Shown here piece by piece: positions 1 through 10,141 of a stretch of DNA of 64,000 nucleotides. Positions within the stretch are counted from its first letter, which is position 1. Each line of letters begins with the position of its first letter. This DNA comes from Rhabdothermincola salaria (GTDB lineage: Bacteria > Actinomycetota > Acidimicrobiia > Acidimicrobiales > Acidimicrobilacustridaceae), in assembly GCF_021246445.1 (NCBI RefSeq), contig NZ_JAJQXW010000001.1, positions 558,001 to 622,000 on the forward strand, read 5' to 3'. The position numbers were made by a program, and so were the translations under genes. The notes under the pieces were generated by a model that was not told where the DNA came from, searched no databases, and was given only the letters and a program-made list of their open reading frames with translations.

Positions 1-499
1 CGAAGGCCAGGCGCACGTACATGCCGCTGGAGTAGCGCTTGACGGGGGTGTCGAGGAAGCGTTCGATGCCGGCGAAGTCGACGATGGCGTCGAACTGACG
101 GTCGATCTCGGTGCGGCGCATGCCGAGGATGGCGCCGTTGAGATAGATGTTCTCGCGCCCGGTGAGCTCGGGGTGAAAGCCGGTGCCGACCTCCAGCAGG
201 CTGCCGATGCGGCCCCACAGGTCGATGCGCCCGGCGGTGGGCCCGGTGATGCGGGTGAGCAGCTTGAGCAGGGTGGACTTGCCGGCACCGTTGCGGCCGA
301 TGACGCCCATGACCTCGCCGCGGGGCACGTCGAGGCTGATGTCGCGCAGGGCCCAGAACTCCTCGGTCTGGCTGCGGCGCAGGGGGTGGCGCAGGCGGTC
401 GAGGGCGACCTGGGCCAGGGTGATGTGGTCGTTGTGGTGGTGGCGGATGGTGTAGGCCTTGGACAGGCCCTCGACGCGGATGGCGAGGTCAGATGACAT
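1..499 (-). CDS. wzt: ABC polysaccharide exporter ATP-binding subunit (3' end runs off the window)
   Basis: Manual translation gives [16 protein letters not shown], Walker [27 protein letters not shown] and [15 protein letters not shown]; it overlaps the upstream permease. Confidence 0.9.
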   Translation of the reverse strand, partial: MSSDLAIRVEGLSKAYTIRHHHNDHITLAQVALDRLRHPLRRSQTEEFWALRDISLDVPRGEVMGVIGRNGAGKSTLLKLLTRITGPTAGRIDLWGRIGSLLEVGTGFHPELTGRENIYLNGAILGMRRTEIDRQFDAIVDFAGIERFLDTPVKRYSSGMYVRLAF

Positions 500-1334
500 C
501 GGCGAAGGCCCGTTCCATCCGGCTGAAGATGGCGATACCGGCGGCGAACACGGCGAGGGCGGCCCCGGCGGACCAGGCGGCGAGCACCAGCGAGGGTCGG
601 GGGGTGCCGATGAGTGCCCAGCGCATGCCTTCGAGCAGGCCGGTGAGGGGGTTGAGCTCGAAGAAGATGCGCGAGCCCTCGGGGACGCTGGCCAGCGTGT
701 AGGCGACGGGGCTGGCGAAGAGCAGGAACTGCACGGCCACGGGGAGGATGTACTGCACGTCGCGGTAGCGCACCATGAGGGCGCCGGCGGCCAGGCCGAC
801 GCCGAGGGCCAGGGCCAGCACGAGCAGGAACCACAGCGGCAGGGTGAGCACGCCGAGGCCGGGGTGCACGCCGGTGGCGACGAGCAGCACGACGAGCAGC
901 CCGAGCGAGACGGCCACGTCGACGAGCGTGGACAACATGGTGGACAGCGGCAGCATCACCCGGGGGAAGTACACCTTGGACACGAGCTGGGCGTTGCCGA
1001 GCAGCGACGAGCTGGTGCGGGTGGTGACCTGGCTGAAGGTGGTCCAGGTGACCATGCCGGCGAGGGTGAACACGAAGTAGGGGATGCCGGCGGGGGCCTC
1101 GAGGTCGGCCACGCCGCCGAAGACGAACGACAGCACGCCGGCGCCGAGGAGGGGCACGAGGATCACCCAGACGGCCCCGAGCACGGTCTGGCGGTAGCGC
1201 AGGGTGATGTCGCGGGCGGCGAGGCGCACCAGCAGCTCGCGGAACTCCCACAGCTCGCGGGGACCGGGGGGCAGCCACGAGCGCTTGGGCCGGATGGTGA
1301 GCAGCGGCTTGGGGAGTGGAGTGGGGTCGGTCAC
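489..1334 (-). CDS. wzm: ABC-2 type polysaccharide exporter permease
   Basis: [30 protein letters not shown] and LNPL motifs; GTG start overlaps the upstream stop. Confidence 0.9.
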   Translation of the reverse strand: MTDPTPLPKPLLTIRPKRSWLPPGPRELWEFRELLVRLAARDITLRYRQTVLGAVWVILVPLLGAGVLSFVFGGVADLEAPAGIPYFVFTLAGMVTWTTFSQVTTRTSSSLLGNAQLVSKVYFPRVMLPLSTMLSTLVDVAVSLGLLVVLLVATGVHPGLGVLTLPLWFLLVLALALGVGLAAGALMVRYRDVQYILPVAVQFLLFASPVAYTLASVPEGSRIFFELNPLTGLLEGMRWALIGTPRPSLVLAAWSAGAALAVFAAGIAIFSRMERAFADVI

Positions 1335-2110
1335 GTGAGGGACGACGGTTCGGCGGCGAACGTCGCCGCCGGGCCGTCGGTCCGGGTGGGGTCGGCGTCG
1401 CCGGTGTTCGCGGGGTCGGTGAGGTCGACCACGTCGGGTGCCTCGTCGGCCCGGGCCCTCATCTGCCGCCACACGACGTGAGGGGTGCGGGCCAGGATCT
1501 GCAGGTCGAGGGCGAGGGACCACTGCTCGACGTAGCGCAGGTCGAGCTCGGTGTACTTGCCGAAGTCGGCGTCGTTGCGTCCGTCGAGCTGCCACAGCCC
1601 GGTGATGCCCTGGGGCATCTCGACCCGGCGGTGGAGCTGGGCGGGGAACTGGGCGTCCTCGGCGGGGAGGGCCGGGCGGGGCCCGACCAGGCTCATGTCG
1701 CCGGCGATGACGTTGAGCAGCTGGGGCAGCTCGTCGAGGCTGGAGTGGCGCAGCCAGCGCCCGATGCGGGTGACCCTGGGGTCGTCGGCCATCTTGAACA
1801 GGGGGCCGAGGCGTTCGTTGCGGTCGAGCAGGGCGGGCTGGTGGTGCTCGGCGCCGCACACCATGGTGCGGAACTTCAACATGGTGAACAGCCGGCCGTC
1901 CTGGCCCACCCGCACCTGCCGGAACAGCACCGGGCGTCCGGAGCTGGCCAGGATGGCCACGGCGATGGCGGCCATGAGGGGCGACAGGACGACGAGCATC
2001 ACCGAGGCGCCGGCGAGGTCGAGGAGCCGCTTGACGGCGAGCGCGCCGCGACGGCGTCGCCGACGGACGGGCCGGGGCCCGAGGGTCGGCGTCTCGACAG
2101 CTCTGGACAT
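1331..2110 (-). CDS. Priming (polyprenyl-phosphate) sugar transferase, Bac_transf family
   Basis: KRLLD, KFRTM, DDPRVTRIGRWLR, SLDELPQLLNV, MSLVGPRP and GITGLWQ motifs. Confidence 0.9.
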   Translation of the reverse strand: MSRAVETPTLGPRPVRRRRRRGALAVKRLLDLAGASVMLVVLSPLMAAIAVAILASSGRPVLFRQVRVGQDGRLFTMLKFRTMVCGAEHHQPALLDRNERLGPLFKMADDPRVTRIGRWLRHSSLDELPQLLNVIAGDMSLVGPRPALPAEDAQFPAQLHRRVEMPQGITGLWQLDGRNDADFGKYTELDLRYVEQWSLALDLQILARTPHVVWRQMRARADEAPDVVDLTDPANTGDADPTRTDGPAATFAAEPSSLT

Positions 2111-2254
2111 CCAGGGTCTCCTCGGGCCGTCCGCCACAAGGCGGCGAGGTTAGCACCGGGGATTTTCGTTCCGGTCCGAGAGGCAGGGGCTGTCGGCGCC
2201 GTAGTGTCAGGTGCGGTGCAGGGCCTCCGGGGCGGGGTCGCGGCCACCTCTCCC

Positions 2255-3349
2255 ATGACCTCCGTCGCTCTCGTCCACGACTACCTCACCCAGCGCGGCG
2301 GCGCCGAGCGCGTGGTGCTCGAGATGGTGGGGGCGTTCCCGGGGGCGCCGCTGCATACCAGCGTCTACGACGCGGCGGGCACGTTCCCGGCGTTCGCGGA
2401 GGTCGACGTGCGGCCCACGGCGCTGCAGCGGGTGCCGGGCCTGGCCCGCCACCACCGTTGGGGCCTGCCGTTGTACGCCCCGGCGTTCTCGGCGACGAGG
2501 GTGGACGCGGAGGTGGTGGTGTGCTCGTCGAGCGGGTGGGCCCACGGGGTGCGCACCGACGGACGCAAGGTGGGCTACGTGCACGCGCCGGCCCGCTGGC
2601 TCCACCAGACCCGGCGCTACACGGGGGAGGGGTCCGGCGGGGTGGCGCAGCGGGGCCTGGTGGCGGTGGGCGGTCCACCGTTGCGGGCGTGGGACCGCCG
2701 GGCCATGGCGTCGCTCGACGTGGTGCTGTGCAACTCCACGGTGACCCGTCGCGCCATCGCCGAGGTCTACGGCCGCGACGCGGTGGTGGTACCGCCCCCG
2801 CCGGCGCTCACCCCGGGCGGGCCCGAGCGCCCGGTGCCCGGCGGGCCCGCCTCGGACGCGCCGTTCGGGCTGTGCGTGGCGCGGCTGTTGCCGTACAAGA
2901 ACGTGGACGTGGTGATCGAGGCGGCCCGGCGGGCCGGGGTGGCCCTGGTGGTGGTGGGGCGGGGTCCCGACGAGGCCCGCCTGCGCGCCCTGGCCGACGC
3001 CGGCGGGTCGGGTCCGCCGGTGACGCTGGTGACCGACGCCGACGACGCCCAGCTGCGGTGGCTCTACCGTCACGCGGCGGGCCTGGTGGCGGTGTCGCAC
3101 GAGGACTACGGGCTGACCCCGCTCGAGGCGGCGTCGTTCGCCACGCCGACGCTGGCGTTGCGGGCCGGCGGGTACCTCGACACGGTGGTCGAGGGGGTGA
3201 ACGGGCTGTTCGTGGACGACCCGACGGTGGGGTCGGTGGCGGCCGGCCTCGAGCGGCTGCTGGGCACCGGGTGGGACCCGGCGGCAGTGGCCGGCGTCGA
3301 CCGCCCCGACTTCGCCGCTGAGCTGCGGCGCTGGGTGCTCGGCGGCTGA
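2255..3349 (+). CDS. Glycosyltransferase family 4
   Basis: VALVHDYLTQRGGAERV, RLLPYKNVD and EDYGLTPLEA motifs. Confidence 0.88.
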   Translation: MTSVALVHDYLTQRGGAERVVLEMVGAFPGAPLHTSVYDAAGTFPAFAEVDVRPTALQRVPGLARHHRWGLPLYAPAFSATRVDAEVVVCSSSGWAHGVRTDGRKVGYVHAPARWLHQTRRYTGEGSGGVAQRGLVAVGGPPLRAWDRRAMASLDVVLCNSTVTRRAIAEVYGRDAVVVPPPPALTPGGPERPVPGGPASDAPFGLCVARLLPYKNVDVVIEAARRAGVALVVVGRGPDEARLRALADAGGSGPPVTLVTDADDAQLRWLYRHAAGLVAVSHEDYGLTPLEAASFATPTLALRAGGYLDTVVEGVNGLFVDDPTVGSVAAGLERLLGTGWDPAAVAGVDRPDFAAELRRWVLGG

Positions 3350-3364
3350 GGGGCGCTCCGGGGG

Positions 3365-4612
3365 TCAGCCCCGGCCGGTGCCCACTTCCTCGAGGAGGGC
3401 AGACACCTGCTGTTCGTAGGCCGCGACGGTGTGGTGGCGTTCGAGGGTGGCTCGCCCGGCCCGGGCCAGGTCGGCCCGGCGGTCGGGGTCGTCGAGCAGG
3501 CCGAGCACGGCGCGGGCGACGGCCTCGGGGGTGTCGTCCACCACCACGTCGGTGCCGGGGAGGGCACCCACCGACCTCGCTGCCGCCGGGGTGGTGACCA
3601 CCGGGACCCCCATGGCCCAGGCCTGCAGGATGGTGGTCTTGGCCCCGGAGGTGGCGAACGAGGCCACCAGGGCCACGGCGGCTCGTCGGTAGAGGGGGCG
3701 CAGGTCGGGCGGGGCCCCGGCGTAGCGGACGCCGGCGTCGACGAGGGCGGCCTGGGTGGCCGGGTCGCCGGCCACCCCGGCGGCCACGACCGCCACGGCG
3801 TCGCGTCCGGAGGCGGCGGTGGCCTGCGTGAGGGCGCCGGCTACGGCGAGGAGGCCGTCGGTGTTGCGCACGGTGTCGAGCCGACCGGCGGCCAGCACGG
3901 CGATCGGTTCGTCGTCGGGGTCGTCGGGCTGCGGGTGGGGCTCGGGGGTCCAGTAGGTGGTGTCGACGACGTGGTCGACGACGTGGACCGGCGTGCCCGG
4001 GTAGCGCTGCTCGGCCCAGGCCCGTTCGGCGGGCGAGATCACCACCACGGCGGCAGGTTCGGAGTGGGTGCGGCGCCGGGCCCGGTCCTCGAGGTGGCGC
4101 AGGGCGGCGCCGAGGCGCCCGACGGGGGTGAAGAGGCGTTCCTCGGCCCACACGACGGTGGGCACCTGGGTGGTGAGCGAGGCGAAGGTGTCGTCGCCGT
4201 CGTGGCCGATGACCACGGCCACGTCGGGGTCGCCGTCGAGGGCGGCCATGGTCATCGCCGCCACCCAGCGGGCCTGGCGGCGCGCCGGTCGGCCGGCCGG
4301 TCGGACGAAGCTGCCGGCGACGGTGGCGAGGCGGCGGAGGCGACCGGGCGACACGCGGGGTGGGCCGGCGGTCTCCATCAGCACCGGGTCGTGGTCGCCC
4401 GATGGGTGCGTCGCTTCGGCGTCTGTCGCGGGCGCCGCGGTTTCGCCGCGGGCCGGGCGGGGTTGCACGACGCGCAGCTCGGTGTGGCGGTCGAGCACCG
4501 AGGCCAGGGCTCGGTAGCGGAACGAGAACCCGTCGGTGGGGGGCAGGGCCCCCGGCCCCACGATGCGGTGGGGGGACACCAGCACCACCCGGAGCCGGTG
4601 GGGGCCGGGCAC
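3365..4612 (-). CDS. Glycosyltransferase family 4 (start uncertain)
   Basis: C-terminal GT-B motif SGAKTTILQAWAMGVPVVTT; lies directly downstream of wzc. Confidence 0.75.
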   Translation of the reverse strand: MPGPHRLRVVLVSPHRIVGPGALPPTDGFSFRYRALASVLDRHTELRVVQPRPARGETAAPATDAEATHPSGDHDPVLMETAGPPRVSPGRLRRLATVAGSFVRPAGRPARRQARWVAAMTMAALDGDPDVAVVIGHDGDDTFASLTTQVPTVVWAEERLFTPVGRLGAALRHLEDRARRRTHSEPAAVVVISPAERAWAEQRYPGTPVHVVDHVVDTTYWTPEPHPQPDDPDDEPIAVLAAGRLDTVRNTDGLLAVAGALTQATAASGRDAVAVVAAGVAGDPATQAALVDAGVRYAGAPPDLRPLYRRAAVALVASFATSGAKTTILQAWAMGVPVVTTPAAARSVGALPGTDVVVDDTPEAVARAVLGLLDDPDRRADLARAGRATLERHHTVAAYEQQVSALLEEVGTGRG

Positions 4613-4614
4613 GG

Positions 4615-6258
4615 TCAGCGCGGTGGGGCCGGTTCGCGGTCGGCGTAGCCGGTGTCGTAGCCCGAGTAGCCGTAGCCCTGGTAGCCCTTGCCCAGGCCGT
4701 TGCCGCCCTTGGCCTTGTTGAGCACGAGGCCGGCCACGGGGGCGGCGACCAGCCCGAGGCTGTGCAGCACCTTGGTGACGTGGGGGCGCTTGGTCTGCCC
4801 GGCCGACAGCACCAGCAGCACCCCGTCGACGCGCCCGGAGAGCACCACCGCGTCGCTGAAGGGCAGCACGGGTGGGGCGTCGACGATGACGGTGTCGAAG
4901 GCGCCTTCGGCGGTGAGGGCGTCGAAGACCTGCTTGACCCGGGGGCTGGAGAGCAGCTCGGAGGGGTTGGGCGGCGGGGGGCCGGCGGGCAGCAGGTAGA
5001 GGCGCTCTTCGCCGGTGACGGGCACGAGGGCCTGGTCGAGGCTGGAGGTGCCGAGGACCACGGAGGTGAAGCCGGGTTCGGCGGGCACGCCGAACACGAC
5101 GTGTTGGCGGGCCCGGCGCAGGTCGCAGTCGACGAGGCACACCCGCTTGCCGGCGCGGGCCAGCACCACGGCCAGGTTGGAGGCGGTGGTGGTCTTGCCC
5201 TCGCCGGGCACGGCCGAGGTGACCTCGATGATCTTGAGGGGACGGTCGATGCCGAGGAACTGCACCGAGGTGCGCAGGTTGCGGAAGGCCTCCGAGGCGG
5301 GCGAGCCCGGGTCGTCGATGACGACGGGGCGGCGCCCGTCCACCTTGGCGGCGGGCACGGCCGCCAGCAGCGGCACGGAGGGGGCGACGCGGGCCAGGTC
5401 GTCGTCGTCGCGCACGGTGTCGTCGAGGTGGTCGACGAACAGGGCGAGGGCCAGGCCGAGCACGAACCCGGCGACGAGGGCGATGGCGGCGTTGCGGGCC
5501 GGGGTGGGGCTGATGGGGCTGGCCGGCGGGGTGGCGGGGGTGACCATCTGGCCGCCGCCGTCCTGCAGGGCGGTGTCGACCTGGAGCTGGTCGATGCGGT
5601 CCTGGTAGAGCCGTTGCTGGGCTTCGAGGGAAGACCGTTCGGCTTCGAGCTCACCGAAGGCGTCGCCGGGCGCGTCGGGGTCGAGGCCGAAGAGCTCGAG
5701 GTCGATCTCGTCGATGCGGGTCTGGAGGGTGTCGACCTGGAGCTGTAGCTCGCTGCCGGCGGCGGCCAGGTCCTCCACCGCTGCGGTGCGGCGGCTGTCG
5801 ATGAACACCTCGACGTAGGCGTTGGCCGCGGCGGCGGCCAACTCGGCGTCGTCGGACTCCACGCGGACGGCCACCACCAGGGTCTGGCCGATGGGGGAGG
5901 GCGACACCGGCGGCACCTCGCCGACGCCGATGCCGAGCATGTCGGCCACCTGTTGGCGCACCGGGGCCGAGCGCATGAGCTGGAGCTGGGTGGCCAGCTG
6001 GCGGTTGTTGGTGTCGGTGGGGCCCTCGTCGCTGAACAGGCTGCCCGTGCCGGGGCGGGCCAGCATCTCGGCGGTGGCCGAGTAGACGGGGGTCTGCAGC
6101 TGGGTGATGCCCACGGCCACCAGCAGGGCGACGAGCGGGCCGATGACGAGGAAGTACCAGCGGCGCCGCAGGGCGGCCAGGTAGTCGACGAGGCCGCGGG
6201 TGGGGGTGTCGTCGGGGCTGGTGGTGGCGCTGGTCGGGCTCACGCGGTGGGCATCCAT
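4615..6258 (-). CDS. Polysaccharide co-polymerase/tyrosine autokinase (Wzc-like), copy 1
   Basis: N-terminal Wzz-type TM, EAFRNLRT, Walker A GEGKTT, DCDLRR, DAPP and a Tyr/Gly-rich tail. Confidence 0.9.
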   Translation of the reverse strand: MDAHRVSPTSATTSPDDTPTRGLVDYLAALRRRWYFLVIGPLVALLVAVGITQLQTPVYSATAEMLARPGTGSLFSDEGPTDTNNRQLATQLQLMRSAPVRQQVADMLGIGVGEVPPVSPSPIGQTLVVAVRVESDDAELAAAAANAYVEVFIDSRRTAAVEDLAAAGSELQLQVDTLQTRIDEIDLELFGLDPDAPGDAFGELEAERSSLEAQQRLYQDRIDQLQVDTALQDGGGQMVTPATPPASPISPTPARNAAIALVAGFVLGLALALFVDHLDDTVRDDDDLARVAPSVPLLAAVPAAKVDGRRPVVIDDPGSPASEAFRNLRTSVQFLGIDRPLKIIEVTSAVPGEGKTTTASNLAVVLARAGKRVCLVDCDLRRARQHVVFGVPAEPGFTSVVLGTSSLDQALVPVTGEERLYLLPAGPPPPNPSELLSSPRVKQVFDALTAEGAFDTVIVDAPPVLPFSDAVVLSGRVDGVLLVLSAGQTKRPHVTKVLHSLGLVAAPVAGLVLNKAKGGNGLGKGYQGYGYSGYDTGYADREPAPPR

Positions 6259-6429
6259 GGGGGTCGGCGGGCGCGGCGGGTGCTCCGGCCCGGGACGGAA
6301 GCGAGGAGCCTACCGTTCGGCTCTGGGGGCGTCGGGCACCCGGTGGCGGCCGCCGGGCGGGCCAGGCAATAGCGTGGGCGCCGAGCCGCTGCGCACCGGT
6401 GCCATCGTCGTCCGCTCTCTCGGCGGGCG

Positions 6430-7770
6430 GTGCCGGCGGCCGCTCACCTCACGCTCATGGGCCGCCTCCTCGATCGCACCCTCACCCTCACCGTCGTGGG
6501 GCCCCTCGTCGTGCTGGTGGTGCTGTCGGTGATGGCCGGCTACCTGGCCCCCTCCGCCGCCGGGAGGGCGTTGGCGCTGGCGGCCTTCGTGTTGTTCGTG
6601 ACCGCCGCCTTCGCCGTGCCCCAGGCCGTGCTGGCGGTGGCGCTGGTGGGGGCGGTGGCCACCATGCGGGTGCCCTTCTTCGGCGGGGCCATGAGCTACG
6701 CGGATCTGACCATGATCCTCGGCACCCTGGTGGCGCTGCGCTTCGCCCCCCGGCGTGACGACGTGGAGCTGCGCCGGGTGCTGGTGGCCTTCGCCGTGTA
6801 CTTCGGGGCCATCGCCGTGGTGGTGGCCGCCAACCCGAGCACCGACGCGGTGCTGGAGTGGTTGCACCGCCTGGTGCTGGTGCCCGGGCCGCTGCTGGTG
6901 GGGGTGGCCCTGGTGCGCACCGGGGCGGTGGACGTGGCCCTGCGGGCCTTCGTGCTGGTGGTGGGGGTGGTGGCGCTGGGGGCGGTGGGCTTCGCCGTGT
7001 CGAGCGGCGGGCAGCCCGCCTATCCGTTCGACATCAACAAGAACGCGGCCGGCCTGGTGATGGCCTTCGCCCTGGTGGTGACGGTGGCGGCCCGCCACCG
7101 CCTGCGCTGGGCGCCGTTCCTGCGCCACCCGGTGCAGGGCCTGTTGCTGGCCGGGTTGTTGGCCACCCAGTCGCGTGGGGCGGCGTTGGCCCTGGCGTTG
7201 GCGTTGGTGGCCCGGGCGGTGCTGGGCGCGTCGGGGGGTCGGGGCCGCCAGCGGGCCATGGCGGCGGGGGTGGTGGCGCTGGTGTTGATGGCGTTGGTGG
7301 CGGTGTCGGTGAGCGAGCGCGACCTGGCCCCCGACGCCAGCCCCGGCAACGCGGTGGCCACTCGGGCCGAGGTGTTCGGCCAGGCGCTCGACCTGTGGCG
7401 CGAGCAGCCGGTGCTGGGGGCGGGGGTGCGCTACTTCACCGACCCGGACCTCGAGACGAGCGTGGCCCACAACATCGTGGTCAACGAGCTGGGCGAGGCC
7501 GGCGTGGTGGGCCTGGCCGGCGTGGTGCTGGTGCTGTGGGTGACGTGGCGGGCGGTGCGCCGCAGCCGCAGCGACCTGGCCATGTTGGGCACCATGATCT
7601 TCGTGGTCGAGGTGGTGGCCGCCCTCCTCGACGTGTTCTGGGTCGCCGGCCGCGTGGGCTGCGCCTACGTGTTCATCGGGATGGCGCTGGCCGAGGCGCG
7701 AGGACACCGAGAACCGCCTGCTTCGCCCGCCCGGCGGTACGACGCCAGGCTCGACGCTGGCGCGGCGTGA
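6430..7770 (+). CDS. O-antigen ligase/Wzy_C-family membrane protein
   Basis: Many TM segments; NKN, TQSRGA, PVLGAG and AHNIVV...ELGEAGVVG motifs. Confidence 0.8.
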   Translation: MPAAAHLTLMGRLLDRTLTLTVVGPLVVLVVLSVMAGYLAPSAAGRALALAAFVLFVTAAFAVPQAVLAVALVGAVATMRVPFFGGAMSYADLTMILGTLVALRFAPRRDDVELRRVLVAFAVYFGAIAVVVAANPSTDAVLEWLHRLVLVPGPLLVGVALVRTGAVDVALRAFVLVVGVVALGAVGFAVSSGGQPAYPFDINKNAAGLVMAFALVVTVAARHRLRWAPFLRHPVQGLLLAGLLATQSRGAALALALALVARAVLGASGGRGRQRAMAAGVVALVLMALVAVSVSERDLAPDASPGNAVATRAEVFGQALDLWREQPVLGAGVRYFTDPDLETSVAHNIVVNELGEAGVVGLAGVVLVLWVTWRAVRRSRSDLAMLGTMIFVVEVVAALLDVFWVAGRVGCAYVFIGMALAEARGHREPPASPARRYDARLDAGAA

Positions 7771-7955
7771 AGAAGACGAGGTCGGCGCCCGACGGCCATG
7801 GTGAGCGGCCGGGCGCGGACCCGGTCGGGGTCGACGGCCCGTCGCCACACGACGGCGAAGTGCGCCGTCGCTGGGCCGCGCCGCTCGTGTCTCGAGACGT
7901 CGACGGCGAGCACTAGGTTGGCCTCTCATGGCGTCTCACACCGCAGCGTTCGCCC

Positions 7956-8100
7956 CTGGCGTTGAACCACACCACGGTGGCGTTGGCGTGGGAGTTCGCG
8001 ACCGACGGCATCTGGGTGGTGGGGATCTCGCCCGGGATGATCGGCTCTCGGTTGGGCCGGGGTCGCCTGCTGACGCGCATGTCAACAAGGGATGGATGAT
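7956..8100 (+). pseudogene. Fragment resembling a short-chain dehydrogenase/reductase C-terminal region
   Basis: Manual translation LALNHTTVALAWEFATDGIWVVGISPGMI matches the SDR pattern AxxxLTxxLAxExxxxGIRVxxIxPG; no N-terminal Rossmann part present. Confidence 0.5.
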
Positions 8101-8374
8101 GCAGCTACGTGACCCAGAGGCTGCCGGGCGACCCTGCGCGGCGATGCTCGACGAGCAGCGCACCTCGACGGTCTGCACCGCCGGGGGCTAGCGCCCCCGG
8201 GGCGAGCGTGCGTTCCACTCGGGTCCGGTTCTGGCCGGGTCGAGGGGGAGAGGTCGGCGTCGGGCGTTCAGCCGTCGTCGCCTGAAGTGCTGTGCACTTC
8301 GGACGGCGACGGGTGGCCGCAACGGTCGCCGCGGCGTTTCGAGAGTCGGAACGTCATTGGAAAGTTGATGAGGA

Positions 8375-10027
8375 TTGATGCAGATGGAACGTGCCAACGG
8401 AACGGCACGAGCACGGTGGCTGAGGGCGCTCGGCCTCGTCGTGTTCACCTTGTTGGTCGCCACGTCGTGCGCGAGCAGCGGTGACGACAGCTCGGCCGAC
8501 GGCGACGGCGGCGGGGCCCTGCTCGAGGAGGGCCTCACGTCGGGTCTGGTGAACGTGGAGGAGGCGCCCGAGCCCCAACAGGGCGGCACCCTCACGATGG
8601 GCATGTTCTCCCCGGTGCGCAGTCTGGACCCGGCCGTCATCACCGGCAGCGGCACCGCGGGCGGCATCGAGCTGGCTGCGCTCTACGACGTGTTGATGCG
8701 CTTCGACCGTGAGGCGGACGAGTACGTGCCGCAGCTGGCCGAGAGCCTGACGCCGAACGACGACTTCACCGAGTGGACCCTGAAGCTGCGGCCGGAGGTC
8801 ACGTTCACCGACGGCACCCCGCTCGACGCGGAGGCGGTGGTGTTCAACCTCCAGCGCCACGTCGACGAGCAGAACCGCACCGGGGCGCTGCTGAACGGCA
8901 TCACGTTCGAGGCGACGGACGCCCAGACGGTGACCTTCACCCTGGACGACCCGTGGGCCGGGTTCCCGTGGTTGCTGTCGTGGACGGCGGGCTACATCGC
9001 CTCGCCCACCGCGATCCAGGCCGATCCGGAGGGCTGGGCGTCGAACCCCGTCGGCGCCGGTCCGTTCGTGCTCGACGAGTTCGCCGCCAACGAGGTGCTG
9101 TCGGTCAACGCCAACGAGGACTACTGGAACGGCCGTCCGAACCTCGACCAGGTTCGCTTCACCCTGCTCCAGGGTGCCCAGCCGACGGCGGACGCCATCC
9201 TCGCGGGTGACTTCCAGGCCGGCTTCGTGCGCGACCCGGAGCCCGTTCGTGAGCTGATCGACGCCGGCTACCCCGGCTATCTGGTGTTGAACAACAGCGG
9301 CGAGATCATCTTGTTGAACAACGGGTCTCGCGGTCAGACCGATCGCCCGACCGCCGATCCCCGCGTCCGCCTCGCTGTTCGTCACGCTGTCGACTCCGAG
9401 GCGTACAACGAGCGTGGCTACAACGGCCAGGGCTTCCCGGCGTACACGGTGATGGGTCCCTCGTCGCAGTGGAGCACCGAGTCGTCGATCGAGCCGAACC
9501 CCGAAGAGGCTCAGCGCCTCGTCGAAGAGGTGAAGGCCGAGGACGGCTGGGACGGCAGCCTCAGCATCATCACCACCGTCGGCTCCGAGGACCGGGCGCT
9601 GAGCACCCAGGCCTCGCTGAACGCCGTGGGGATGGACGTGGAGGTGGACGTCGTCCCGACCGTCTCGGACATGTTGAACCGGGTGTTCGTCGATGCCAAC
9701 TTCGACATGATCCTGTGGGGCATGAGCGTCGACGACGCCGAGCCCTGGGTGGCGATGTACCGGGACCTGTCGAGTGAGAGCGCCACCAACCCGAGCGGCT
9801 ACGCCAGCGCCGAGATGGACGCGCTGCTCACCGAGCTGCGCGCCGCCAGCGACGAGGCCGAGACCCAGGAGGTCCTCGACGAGGTCCAGGCGTTGTGGGA
9901 TGTGGACCAGCCGGCAGTGAACCTGTCGCAGCAGCCCGACCTCATCGCGTGGGCTCCTGACGTGTACGGCATGGTGCCGACCGTCGCGTCGATGGTCCTG
10001 CTCGACCAGGCGTTCATCGCCGACTGA
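8375..10027 (+). CDS. ABC transporter substrate-binding lipoprotein, family 5 (peptide/nickel type), orphan
   Basis: Lipobox-like ATSC, SLDPA, LAES, LRPEVTFTDGTPLDAEAV, PVGAGPF and DPRVRLAV motifs. Confidence 0.88.
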   Translation: MMQMERANGTARARWLRALGLVVFTLLVATSCASSGDDSSADGDGGGALLEEGLTSGLVNVEEAPEPQQGGTLTMGMFSPVRSLDPAVITGSGTAGGIELAALYDVLMRFDREADEYVPQLAESLTPNDDFTEWTLKLRPEVTFTDGTPLDAEAVVFNLQRHVDEQNRTGALLNGITFEATDAQTVTFTLDDPWAGFPWLLSWTAGYIASPTAIQADPEGWASNPVGAGPFVLDEFAANEVLSVNANEDYWNGRPNLDQVRFTLLQGAQPTADAILAGDFQAGFVRDPEPVRELIDAGYPGYLVLNNSGEIILLNNGSRGQTDRPTADPRVRLAVRHAVDSEAYNERGYNGQGFPAYTVMGPSSQWSTESSIEPNPEEAQRLVEEVKAEDGWDGSLSIITTVGSEDRALSTQASLNAVGMDVEVDVVPTVSDMLNRVFVDANFDMILWGMSVDDAEPWVAMYRDLSSESATNPSGYASAEMDALLTELRAASDEAETQEVLDEVQALWDVDQPAVNLSQQPDLIAWAPDVYGMVPTVASMVLLDQAFIAD

Positions 10028-10061
10028 TCGCTTCGCCCCCTGAGCGGGGCTGAGCAGATCT

Positions 10062-10100
10062 CGAGTGCAGGGGCCCGACCACCTCGGGCCCCTGCACTCG
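10062..10100 (+). terminator. Perfect 17-bp GC-rich hairpin after the SBP gene
   Basis: cgagtgcaggggcccga-ccacc-tcgggcccctgcactcg; no U-tract, which is common in Actinobacteria. Confidence 0.65.
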
Positions 10101-10141
10101 CGTCGAGGGGCGGTGGGAGGTGGCAACCGGACCGGGGCCCT

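Noticed and set aside
2808..5654. 948-aa Arg/Pro-rich ORF and similar long overlapping ORFs (e.g. 39006-41081, 12521-14557)
   Set aside because: Alternative-frame or antisense shadows of well-supported genes, with no recognisable motifs.
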